Source: Clostridia bacterium
Lineage (GTDB): Bacteria > Bacillota > Clostridia > UMGS1883
DNA: 64,000 bases
Reading direction: 5' to 3'
Assembly: GCA_045638945.1 (NCBI GenBank)
Contig: JAZUCF010000018.1
Location: 1,954 to 65,953, forward strand
Below the pieces are notes generated by a model. The model worked only from the letters and a program-made list of their open reading frames with translations, had not been told where the DNA came from and did no database searches. The position numbers were made by a program, and so were the translations under genes. Each line of letters begins with the position of its first letter. Positions within the stretch are counted from its first letter, which is position 1. Positions 7,765 through 16,826 of this stretch are shown here, piece by piece.

Positions 7765-7809
7765 ATAGTATGTTAGTAAGACCCGTTTTGTTAATGTCGG
7801 TTCTTTTTG
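7735..7809 (+). repeat. 75-bp direct repeat copy 2
   Basis: See 7317-7391; offset 418 bp. Confidence 0.95.
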
Positions 7810-9830
7810 CGGCAGGAATATATTTCTGCACCTTAGGAATCGGCATTTTCTGGATAATCATAATGACCGCCCTGCTCTGTATAGGGGGCGTGCTTCTATA
7901 CAGGGATAAAAGATGGCTATGCGTGGGGATTTCCCTTTTTATGGTGCTGGGCTTTGGCAGAATGGAGCTTGCCCAAGGCCGAAAAGACCGCATCGGAGCT
8001 ATCTATGGCGGAAGCACATTTCAGGGGCAGGTAATAATCACGGATTTTTCCGATAAGGGCAAGGTGGAAGCTTCCTTTAAAGACAACGGGGAAAAGGTGA
8101 AGATTTATCTCAAAACCAATTCCAATATAATGTTATCTCCGGGGGACATTCTTTGGGGAAGCTTTGTGCTTTCGGAATACTCTCCGTCAAAAACAAGCCT
8201 TTTTAATTATTCTTCGTATATGCACAGTGACGGAATTTATCTTAGTGCAGAGGCGGAGAGCTTTCAATGGGGCGGACGAATGACAAAAGGTATAGAGGGA
8301 TTCATCTACAAAATCCGCACACGCATGGACCGTTTGGGACAGAAAGCCTTTAAGGGCGACAGCCGCGGACTCTTTAATGCCATGGTGTTCGGGGATAAAA
8401 GGCTGCTTTCGGATGAGCTTGACAACGCCCTTAGGAAAAGCGGACTCAGCCATATAGCCGTAGTTTCGGGAATGCATATATCCGCCATTATTATGGCAAT
8501 GGTTTTCTTTCTTGGGAAAATATTCGGTAAAAAACGGTATGTAAATATATTTGTGCTTTTCGGAGCCTTCTTTATAGCTCTTGTTACGGGGATGGGTGCA
8601 AGCGTAATAAGGGCACTTATAATGTGTGTTATATTCCATCTTTCAAAAATACTTTACCGTGACAATGATACCTACACAACAATTGCCCTGTCGGCACTGA
8701 TTATGCTTGTTGTAAATCCTTATTATATGGCAAACGTGGGATTTATATTGTCGCTTCTGTGTGTTCTGGGTATTGTTCTCTACGCCGATAAAATTAAAGG
8801 AGCAATAAGCGGTATTCTTCCCCCGTGGGCAAGTAATGCCGCGGCGGTAAGCATTGCCGCACAAATTATTGTTATACCTGTTCTCATAGCAAATTTCAGG
8901 ACAGTTAATCCCTATTCGGTTATATCAAACATTTTGATTTTTCCCGTTTCTTCCCTGTTTGTAGTGCTGGGACTTTTGTATTTTGCTTTGTCAAAAATCT
9001 CTTTTATCTCAGCTTTTCTGCAAATAGTCCTGCAAAGAATTGCAGATGTTATAGAGGGTGTCAGCCTCGGAGTTTCAAGAGTGCCCGGTGCAGACCTGGA
9101 AACAGGGGGCCTGGGCATCTTTTTTGCAGTAAGTTGGTTTTTTATTCTCATAGCCATACATATTTATCCTTCAAAAAGCAGTATGCTGAAAGCTCTGTGC
9201 TGCGGATGGCTTCTGGCAATGTGTATTGCGGTTACCTTTAACCACGGGGTAAAATTGGATATGCACTTTGCCCACTACGGCTCGGACACCTTTTCCGCTC
9301 TCAAGGTTAAAGACGGAGGCTTAATCTATATTGATTGCCCCGATTACTATGACGCGGCGGCGTTAAGCGAGGATTATGACGAGGAGGTTAATTGCCTTAT
9401 TATTTCATCACTTCCCAAGGGTGATGTGTTTTCGCTTTTGGAAAGCAGACCTCCCGAAATAGTGATTGCTTCCGACGACCTTTTAACAGACGAAGAAAAG
9501 CTTGTTCTTCAGAAACAGGCATCACGCAAAGGAATACGGGCCATGTTTTTAAAGGATTCAGAAAGAATCAGCGTGAATGGTGCATGGATAGAATATTTTC
9601 CCATTGAAAACGTGAGAGGACAAGCCGTGCGTATTGAATATGGGGATTGTGTTTTCGTGTCGCTTCAGGGACTTGTGGCAAAGGACACGCAAAAGCTCTT
9701 GGAGTCGGGCTTTAAGATAAAATGCGACTATCTGAAAATCCCCTACAGAATCACAAGCAAAGACGCAGATTTTTCCTCTCTTACAGACGGGAAAATATTG
9801 TTTCGGGAAAAGCAACTTGCCGTGAAATAA
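7770..9830 (+). CDS. comEC: ComEC/Rec2 DNA uptake channel
   Basis: GLSHIAVVSGMHIS competence motif, SVIRA, many TM segments; degenerate C-terminal beta-lactamase-like domain. Confidence 0.9.
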   Translation: MLVRPVLLMSVLFAAGIYFCTLGIGIFWIIIMTALLCIGGVLLYRDKRWLCVGISLFMVLGFGRMELAQGRKDRIGAIYGGSTFQGQVIITDFSDKGKVEASFKDNGEKVKIYLKTNSNIMLSPGDILWGSFVLSEYSPSKTSLFNYSSYMHSDGIYLSAEAESFQWGGRMTKGIEGFIYKIRTRMDRLGQKAFKGDSRGLFNAMVFGDKRLLSDELDNALRKSGLSHIAVVSGMHISAIIMAMVFFLGKIFGKKRYVNIFVLFGAFFIALVTGMGASVIRALIMCVIFHLSKILYRDNDTYTTIALSALIMLVVNPYYMANVGFILSLLCVLGIVLYADKIKGAISGILPPWASNAAAVSIAAQIIVIPVLIANFRTVNPYSVISNILIFPVSSLFVVLGLLYFALSKISFISAFLQIVLQRIADVIEGVSLGVSRVPGADLETGGLGIFFAVSWFFILIAIHIYPSKSSMLKALCCGWLLAMCIAVTFNHGVKLDMHFAHYGSDTFSALKVKDGGLIYIDCPDYYDAAALSEDYDEEVNCLIISSLPKGDVFSLLESRPPEIVIASDDLLTDEEKLVLQKQASRKGIRAMFLKDSERISVNGAWIEYFPIENVRGQAVRIEYGDCVFVSLQGLVAKDTQKLLESGFKIKCDYLKIPYRITSKDADFSSLTDGKILFREKQLAVK

Positions 9831-9908
9831 TAAATTTGTGTTACAACTATGGAAATTTTCATATGTTGTGATATAATGAATCAGTAGTGAAGTAGAGGAG
9901 GAATCCGT

Positions 9909-10643
9909 ATGATTGATAAAATAGAGGGCAGAAACCCTGTGGCGGAAGCACTCAAGAGTGGCAGAAACATAGATAAAATATATGTAAAAAAAGGCGATAA
10001 GCACGGAAGCATAATTCCCATTATCCGCATGGCAAAGGAAAAAGGCATTACCGTGACGGAAACAGACGGGAAAAAGCTTGACGAAATGAGCCTTACGGGA
10101 GCACATCAGGGAGTTATCGCCCAGTGTGCCATGGCAGAATATGCCACCGTGGATGATATTTTAAAGCGTGCCGAGGAAAAGGGCGAGCCCCCCTTTATCG
10201 TAATTCTTGACCGCATAGCAGACCCCCGAAATTTAGGCTCAATCATAAGAACGGCAAACTGTGCGGGAGTGCACGGAATTATTATTTCCAAGCACGATTC
10301 GGCAACGCTTACCGCTGTTTGTGCCAAGGCAAGTGCAGGTGCGGTGGAATATACTCCCGTGGCACGGGTGACAAGCCTTGCCAAAACCATTGACGATTTG
10401 AAAAAGAAAAATATCTGGGTAAGCGGAGCAGATGCTTCGGGGGACAAGGATATTTATGAGTCAGACCTTAAAGGAGCAGTAGCAATCGTAATCGGCTCCG
10501 AGGGCGAGGGAATCAGCCGCCTTGTTTTGGAAAAGTGTGATTTCAAGGTGAAAATTCCTATGAAAGGCGACGTTAATTCCCTTAATGCCTCTGTGGCGGC
10601 GGCACTTTTTATCTATGAAGCGGTAAGGCAAAATTCATTATAA
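9909..10643 (+). CDS. rlmB: 23S rRNA Gm2251 methyltransferase
   Basis: IEGRNPV, DPRNLGSIIRTA, GSEGEG, SLNASVA (SPOUT). Confidence 0.93.
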   Translation: MIDKIEGRNPVAEALKSGRNIDKIYVKKGDKHGSIIPIIRMAKEKGITVTETDGKKLDEMSLTGAHQGVIAQCAMAEYATVDDILKRAEEKGEPPFIVILDRIADPRNLGSIIRTANCAGVHGIIISKHDSATLTAVCAKASAGAVEYTPVARVTSLAKTIDDLKKKNIWVSGADASGDKDIYESDLKGAVAIVIGSEGEGISRLVLEKCDFKVKIPMKGDVNSLNASVAAALFIYEAVRQNSL

Positions 10644-10656
10644 AGGAGTAATTAAA

Positions 10657-10914
10657 ATGCGTGCAGTAGTAACGGTAGTAGGAAAAGATAAGACGGGTAT
10701 CATTGCAAGAGTCAGCGGGCTTTTTTATGAGAAGAACATTAATATTCTCGATATTTCACAAAAGCTGATGCAAAACCTCTTTACCATGATTGCTCTTGTG
10801 GATTTGGAAAAAAGCACTCTTGGTATGGAGGAGCTTACGGCAGAGCTTGAAAAAGCGGGAAATGAGCTTAATGTAGCAATCCGTGTTCTTCCCGAGGAAA
10901 TGTTCCGCCGCTGA
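10657..10914 (+). CDS. ACT domain protein (UPF0237-like)
   Basis: MRAVVTVVGKDKTGIIARVS...NILDISQ. Confidence 0.85.
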   Translation: MRAVVTVVGKDKTGIIARVSGLFYEKNINILDISQKLMQNLFTMIALVDLEKSTLGMEELTAELEKAGNELNVAIRVLPEEMFRR

Positions 10915-10962
10915 TTTTCGGCACCCCCCTTTTCTATTACTATCGTTGAAGGAGGGATTTAA

Positions 10963-13236
10963 TTGAAAAGAATAATTGCATTAATTTTAGCATTTAGTAT
11001 ATACGCTTGTGCCTCGGCATCAGCGACACCCCTTTATTCTTCCATGGAGGAGGAAGTTGTGACAGGCGGTGTCACCCTTACGAGGAAGCAGCAGTTTTTC
11101 GGCTCTTACGCACTGAATATAAACTGCGTAACGGCCGATTTAAAAAATGAAAATTTAAGCTTTGAGCTTTTAAAGCACAGCGGCGGCAGTGATAAGACCG
11201 CTACTGTAAAAGACCTGGCACAAAAAGAGGAAAATACGGTCGTTGCCATAAACGGCGACTTTTTCTCCGCATATAAAGGCGACCAGAATTTCTCCTTGGG
11301 AATCGAGGTTAAAGACGGAGAGCTTTTGCAGTCCCACATAAATCCCGATATGGCGGCAGGATTTTTAAGTAAAAATGTGCTTTCATTTTCATATCTTACC
11401 TATCAGGGCGAGGTGGAAGCACCCGACGGCACAAAAATGCCCATAGCCCATATTAACAAGCCCACCGACTATTACGGTGCGGTGCTTATGTACACCCCTG
11501 AATTTAATGGGGGCATTTCGCCTTTTCTTCCCGAGGGTATCACGGCAGTTACCGTTACGGAGGACGTTGTGACGGCAAAGGGCGTAAGCCTTGGCGGAAG
11601 TATTCCCATTCCCGAGGGCGGGTACATTCTGGTAATTGATGATAATATGACTCCGTTTTTAGAATATAAATTTAACCTTGGGGACGCTGTTAAAACAAAA
11701 ATCCAGTTTTCTCCCTCAATCGAAAATGTGGAAACCGCATTCGGAGGGGGTACGCTTCTTTTAAAAGACGGCAAAAAAACAGAGATTACACATAATGTGG
11801 CAGGGAATAATCCGAGAAGTGCAATCGGCACAAACGAGGACGGAACTGTGGTTTATTTTATTACCGTTGACGGCAGACAAAACCAAAGCCGAGGAGTATC
11901 TCTTAGCGAGCTTGCCGACATATGCCTTGATTTTGGGTGTGTAAATGCCCTTAATCTTGACGGTGGCGGCTCTACTGCAATGGTTGGAAAAACTCTCAAA
12001 GATGAAAGTCTGAGTTTTCTTAACAGCCCCATAGAAAACAGAAAGGTAATAAACGCACCTGCAATTGTAAGTAATGCAAAAAGCGGTGAGGCTGTCGGAG
12101 CATTCATAGAAGCAGAAAATGACTATGTTTTAACGGGGGACAGTGTAAAACTCATGGTTACCCCCTATGATAAAAACTATAATAAGCCCTCGAAGGGCAC
12201 GGAAAAGATAAAGCTTGTCTTAGCGGAGGGAATGGGCAGTATAAAGGATAACACCTTCTATCCGCAGGGAAATGAACCTGCCGTAATCGACGTGTACTGC
12301 AAGGGTAAAAAAACCGATAGCTGCACCGTCAGCGTAATTGACGAGGTCAGCGGAATTATTGCCCCCAAAGAGATACCTCTGAAAAAAGGCGAAAGCTATA
12401 AGGCAGAGGGACAGATAAAGGTCTTTGACAAGCACGGCAAAACCGCCGTTGTCAGGGATTTAACCCTACTTCAGCCAAAATTTGATTCAAAATTGGTATC
12501 TCTTAGTTTTGATGCAACGGTAAAAGCCCTAAGCGAGGGTGCAAGTGAAATCAAGCTGATGCACGGAAATGCTCAAAGAAGCATTGAGGTTATTTGCGGA
12601 GATTATGAAATTGATGCCGAAAAGCCCATTGTGGCAGATTCTTTGGCACAGCAGTCCGATGCAGGCTTTGTATTCGATATTTATTCATCATCAAAAATGA
12701 ATACCCTCTTTGACAGGGCCGCCTACGCTCATAATATGAATGTACTGAAAAAGGCGGACGCCTCCGTTATTATAGGAGGAGATAAGCCCGAGGACCTTAC
12801 TCCCGACAGTCTTGGTTTAATAAAGACCGATTCCTACGGCGAAAGTGATATTTTTAATTCAAAGGTTATTACAATAAAGCAGGACAAGGGTAAATTCTCC
12901 CGAGGGGAGCAGTGGAAAAAGCTTGCCGAGGCACTAAAGAATGCACAGCAGGATAATATTTTTATCATTTCCGATGAAGCCATAGGCTTTGTGTCGGATA
13001 TTGACCGCAAGGCGTTCCATAGCCTTATTACCGAGAGGGCAAAGGAAAAGAATGTGTTTGTAATTTCAGGCGGAGAGGAGAATTTCTGCCGTATTGCAGA
13101 CGGGGTTCGTTATATTACAGTGGCAGACCCACGTCAGGAGGACAGCATTTTTCATTCAATAAAAAATGCAAGCAGACTCTCTTTCAGAATTACAAGCAAC
13201 TCAATAACCTACAGCTTTAAGAAATTATTTGAATAA
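10963..13236 (+). CDS. Secreted phosphodiester glycosidase (NAGPA-domain) family protein
   Basis: Signal peptide; AINGDFF, NPRSAIG, TVDGR, ALNLDGGGST. Confidence 0.85.
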   Translation: MKRIIALILAFSIYACASASATPLYSSMEEEVVTGGVTLTRKQQFFGSYALNINCVTADLKNENLSFELLKHSGGSDKTATVKDLAQKEENTVVAINGDFFSAYKGDQNFSLGIEVKDGELLQSHINPDMAAGFLSKNVLSFSYLTYQGEVEAPDGTKMPIAHINKPTDYYGAVLMYTPEFNGGISPFLPEGITAVTVTEDVVTAKGVSLGGSIPIPEGGYILVIDDNMTPFLEYKFNLGDAVKTKIQFSPSIENVETAFGGGTLLLKDGKKTEITHNVAGNNPRSAIGTNEDGTVVYFITVDGRQNQSRGVSLSELADICLDFGCVNALNLDGGGSTAMVGKTLKDESLSFLNSPIENRKVINAPAIVSNAKSGEAVGAFIEAENDYVLTGDSVKLMVTPYDKNYNKPSKGTEKIKLVLAEGMGSIKDNTFYPQGNEPAVIDVYCKGKKTDSCTVSVIDEVSGIIAPKEIPLKKGESYKAEGQIKVFDKHGKTAVVRDLTLLQPKFDSKLVSLSFDATVKALSEGASEIKLMHGNAQRSIEVICGDYEIDAEKPIVADSLAQQSDAGFVFDIYSSSKMNTLFDRAAYAHNMNVLKKADASVIIGGDKPEDLTPDSLGLIKTDSYGESDIFNSKVITIKQDKGKFSRGEQWKKLAEALKNAQQDNIFIISDEAIGFVSDIDRKAFHSLITERAKEKNVFVISGGEENFCRIADGVRYITVADPRQEDSIFHSIKNASRLSFRITSNSITYSFKKLFE

Positions 13237-13276
13237 AAATCACCTTACAGGTAAAAATACCTGTGAGGTGATTTTT
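13235..13276 (+). terminator. Hairpin after the NAGPA gene that also sequesters the next RBS
   Basis: AAAAATCACCTTACAGGTA / TACCTGTGAGGTGATTTTT. Confidence 0.7.
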
Positions 13277-13277
13277 T

Positions 13278-13736
13278 ATGCAGTTATCCCAAAAGGAAAA
13301 AGATTTATTAAAAGACATGAAGGACACGGAGAATCTTTGTATTGAAAAGTATACAAAGGCGGCAGAATATGCCCATGATCCACAGCTTAAGCAGCTTTGT
13401 ATTCACATTGCGCAGATAGAGCAGGGGCATCTTGATACTTTAACCAAAATTGAAAACGGACAGACTCCTGCGTCTTCTTCGGGAGGAAGCCAAAGCCAGC
13501 AAAAGCCCATATTCACCGAGTGCTACGGAGCGGCGGACACGGAGGAGAAAAAGCAGGACAAGTATCTTGCACAGGACCTTCTTACAACGGAAAAGCACGC
13601 AAGCCATTTGTATGATACCTGCGTGTTTGAGTTTAAGGATGACAATATACGCCAGCAGATAAATCATATACAAAAGGAAGAGCAGGAGCATGGAAAGCAG
13701 CTTTATGATTATATGCAGAAAAACTCCATGTACTAA
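13278..13736 (+). CDS. Spore coat / ferritin-like (Coat F-like) protein
   Basis: Two helical ExxH repeats (EQGH, EQEH); LSQKE...LCIEKY...DPQLKQL N-terminus. Confidence 0.7.
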   Translation: MQLSQKEKDLLKDMKDTENLCIEKYTKAAEYAHDPQLKQLCIHIAQIEQGHLDTLTKIENGQTPASSSGGSQSQQKPIFTECYGAADTEEKKQDKYLAQDLLTTEKHASHLYDTCVFEFKDDNIRQQINHIQKEEQEHGKQLYDYMQKNSMY

Positions 13737-13750
13737 GGGGAAAATGTGCT

Positions 13751-13875
13751 AAAGCAGCCCTTGCAAGGAGTCAAAACCGAGGTACACGTCCTCGGTTTTG
13801 ACATAATTTATTATCAAGAGGAGCACCCCTTGATAAAGTCCTGCGGACTTCCGTTTGTCCGTTCTGCACTACTTT
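13751..13875 (-). repeat. Chimeric intergenic repeat (family A ends, family C interior)
   Basis: Begins AAAGCAGC, ends TTCTGCACTACTTT; interior 13759-13837 matches 55187-55265. Confidence 0.75.
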
Positions 13876-13997
13876 ATCCCGTTTTCCGAAGTGGTGTAAA
13901 TTTTATGCGTTTTGCTGTACAAATCTTTGATAAACGTAATTTACAGGGCAAAAATGCCGTGGTAAGATAAAATTGAGAGATTTTAGGAGGTGCTATA

Positions 13998-14825
13998 TTG
14001 GAATACATAAAGAAAAACGAGTTTTTCGTGGGAATAGATTCTGACGGAACGGCATTTGATTCCATGAGAATCAAGCATACTCTTTCCTTTATTCCCGCGG
14101 CTATAGAGATTTTCGGAATAGAAGAATATAAAGAGCAGTTTACAAAAATAGAAGAAAAAATCAATCTCTATTCACAGACAAGGGGCATAAACCGCTTCCC
14201 CGGTCTTTTGATGAGCTTTCAGGAGCTTGAACGTGGGACAGGTTTTTCAGTTGGAACACTTTCTGATTTTGATGCATATGTAAAATCGGGATTCCCCTTT
14301 TCCAATAATGGGCTTGAGGATTATATAAAAGAAAATCCGTCAGAATTTTGTGAAAAGGTCTTAAAGTGGAGCCTTCTTTCCGACGAGTATTTTGATAAGG
14401 GCTGTCAGGGAATTATGCCTTTTTCGCCCGTTAAAGAAACATTGCAGAAAATGAAAAACAGTGCTGACATCATGGTTGTTTCTGCCGCATCCCAAAAGGG
14501 CTTGGAACGTGACTGGGGCGAAAGCGGCATTGCAGAATTTGCGTCTTTTATCGCAGGACAGGAATTGGGAAAGAAAAAGGAGCAGCTTCTTTTTGCAAAA
14601 AACAAGGGGTATTCCCCCGAAAAAATGCTGATGGTCGGCGATGCAATCGGAGATTTTGAGGCGGCACGGGATGCAGGCACACTCTTTTATCCCATAATCC
14701 CCGCACAGGAAGAAAAAAGCTGGGAGGAGCTTAGGGATAAATACTTTGATATGTTTATAAACGGCGAATATACAGCCGAGGTACAAAATGAGCTGTACAA
14801 CAAATTCATAGAAACTTTAAATTGA
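13998..14825 (+). CDS. HAD superfamily hydrolase/phosphatase
   Basis: Motif I IDSDGT, motif II VVS, motif IV MVGDAIGD; TTG start after AGGAGG. Confidence 0.85.
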   Translation: MEYIKKNEFFVGIDSDGTAFDSMRIKHTLSFIPAAIEIFGIEEYKEQFTKIEEKINLYSQTRGINRFPGLLMSFQELERGTGFSVGTLSDFDAYVKSGFPFSNNGLEDYIKENPSEFCEKVLKWSLLSDEYFDKGCQGIMPFSPVKETLQKMKNSADIMVVSAASQKGLERDWGESGIAEFASFIAGQELGKKKEQLLFAKNKGYSPEKMLMVGDAIGDFEAARDAGTLFYPIIPAQEEKSWEELRDKYFDMFINGEYTAEVQNELYNKFIETLN

Positions 14826-14838
14826 AGGGAGAAAAATT

Positions 14839-16467
14839 ATGCTTAACAAGATTTTAAAAGAAATGACTCTTGAAGAAAAGGTAGGACAGATGTGTGTTCC
14901 CATTCTTCAGTCAGACCACATTACCGAGGACATTAAAAAAGAAATCGAGGAGTACAATATCGGTGTAATCCGCTACTGCCCTGATGCAGAGTTTGACAAT
15001 GCCAGCGTTATAGTGGGCGAGCCCAATAAATATTTTCAGCCCGGAGAGACGGCGGAGTTTTTAAACAGCCTGCAACGTATGAGCAAGCTTCCCCTTATTA
15101 TCTCTGTTGACCAGGAGGGCGGTACAAGGTGCGACATAAACCGCTGTAATGCCATGGTATACGCAAGCCATATGTGCTTTGGCGTGGCAGATGACGAAAA
15201 TCTTACATACGAGGTAGCAAAGGCAACGGCGAAGGAATTTCGCAGCATGGGAATCAATCAGATTCAGTCTCCCATCTGTGACGTGTTCCGCTACCCCGGC
15301 AGACAGACCATGAAAGCAGCTACCTTCGGCGATGACCCTCAGAGCGTTGCAAAGCACGCAGTTGCAATGAAGCGTGGCTTCAATGACGGCGGAGTAATTT
15401 CCATGGGCAAGCATTTCCCCGGTTACGGTTCTATTGCTACCGATGCTCACAAGGGCACAGCCCATATTGTAAAGAGCGTAGAAGAGCTTGAAAGAGAAGA
15501 CCTCGTTCCTTTCAAAGCTATTATCAATGACGGTGTTCAGGCAATGATGTCGGGTCACGTTATCGTTGATGCAATAGACCCCAAATATCCTGCTACCCTT
15601 TCCGAAACTATGCTTGGGGGATATCTCAGAGGAAAGCTGGGCTTTAACGGCATTATTATGACCGATGCTATGCGTATGAAAGCCATTCAGGATAACTACG
15701 GAACAGGTCCTGCAAGCGTTATGGCAATTAAAGCAGGCTGTAATCTAGTTCTTCTCCGCGGAGATTTCAATCATTTTAAAGAGGGCTACGATGCAATTCT
15801 TGCAGCGGCAAAGAGCGGCGAAATCTCTGAAGAAGTTATTGATAACTGCGTAATGAAGCTTCTTGAAACCAAGAAAAATGCAGGTCTTTTTGAAGAAAGG
15901 TTTGCTGACCCCGCGGTTGCCGAAAAGACTGTGGGCTGTAAGGAGCATCAGGAGCTTCTTAAAAAGCTCGCGGAAAAATCCATTTCCGTGCTTAAGGACG
16001 AAGCACTTCCCCTCTGCCCCAATGATGGCAAGAAAATTGCAGTGATTACCTGCGAGCCGCAGAAAATAGCGGCTGCACTGGATGAAAAGCAGTGCGTGGA
16101 AATGCTTGAAAAGGAAATCTGTGCAATACATAAGGATACAGAGAGCATTGTAATCCGTCTTAATCCCGAAAAAGAGGATATAGAAAAAGCCGTAGCACTT
16201 GCGGAAAAATCAGATGTTGTAATTTTGGGTATGTGCAGTGCAATTATCTTTAAAAATCAGCTTGAGCTTTATAAGGCTCTTGAAAAAACAGGCAAGACCA
16301 TAATAGTTGTTGCAATGGAATCTCCCTACGATATCGAGCTTATTCCCGATGTAAAGGGTTATGTAGCAACATACGGTGCCGCACGTGACTGGATGAGGGT
16401 TGCGGCAGAGCGTATTTTCGGACTGAACGAAATTAATGCAAAGCCTGCTATAGAGATTAATTGGTAA
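14839..16467 (+). CDS. GH3 beta-N-acetylhexosaminidase-like glycosidase, cytoplasmic
   Basis: DQEGG, KHFPGYGxxxxDAH, TDAMRM nucleophile; no signal peptide. Confidence 0.85.
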   Translation: MLNKILKEMTLEEKVGQMCVPILQSDHITEDIKKEIEEYNIGVIRYCPDAEFDNASVIVGEPNKYFQPGETAEFLNSLQRMSKLPLIISVDQEGGTRCDINRCNAMVYASHMCFGVADDENLTYEVAKATAKEFRSMGINQIQSPICDVFRYPGRQTMKAATFGDDPQSVAKHAVAMKRGFNDGGVISMGKHFPGYGSIATDAHKGTAHIVKSVEELEREDLVPFKAIINDGVQAMMSGHVIVDAIDPKYPATLSETMLGGYLRGKLGFNGIIMTDAMRMKAIQDNYGTGPASVMAIKAGCNLVLLRGDFNHFKEGYDAILAAAKSGEISEEVIDNCVMKLLETKKNAGLFEERFADPAVAEKTVGCKEHQELLKKLAEKSISVLKDEALPLCPNDGKKIAVITCEPQKIAAALDEKQCVEMLEKEICAIHKDTESIVIRLNPEKEDIEKAVALAEKSDVVILGMCSAIIFKNQLELYKALEKTGKTIIVVAMESPYDIELIPDVKGYVATYGAARDWMRVAAERIFGLNEINAKPAIEINW

Positions 16468-16480
16468 ACGCCTGGGCTGC

Positions 16481-16704
16481 GAAAAAACGCACAGATCGCA
16501 AAACACAAAAAAATAATAAAAATATGCCTTTTAAAAAGCGGCGTAACAAAGCGTCTGTTAAAGGTTGATGAAGGAATCCGTTTTCGCGGATTCCTTTTGC
16601 ATTTTATATGTTTTGCTATCCACGAACTTCACCCTCGACGTACCAACGTACGCCTTCGGGCAAGCCCTAAAGGGTTCAGTTCGTGAATTCTGCACTGTTT
16701 TTTC
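16481..16704 (-). repeat. Structured intergenic repeat, family A copy 2
   Basis: Core 16610-16696 matches 6884-6970. Confidence 0.9.
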
Positions 16705-16746
16705 ATCGCCCAAGAAGAGCTGCGAAAAAAATTTTCTCTAAACCTA

Positions 16747-16800
16747 TTGACATTTGAAAAAATAGGTGTTATATTAAAGTCAAAGAAAGTCAAAGTCAAG
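16747..16800 (+). promoter_or_regulatory. SigA promoter with CtsR box
   Basis: TTGACA-17-TATATT, then AGTCAAA-GAA-AGTCAAA (16778-16794) plus a partial third heptad. Confidence 0.9.
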
Positions 16801-16826
16801 TTTTGAAGAAAAAGAGGTGTTTATGT

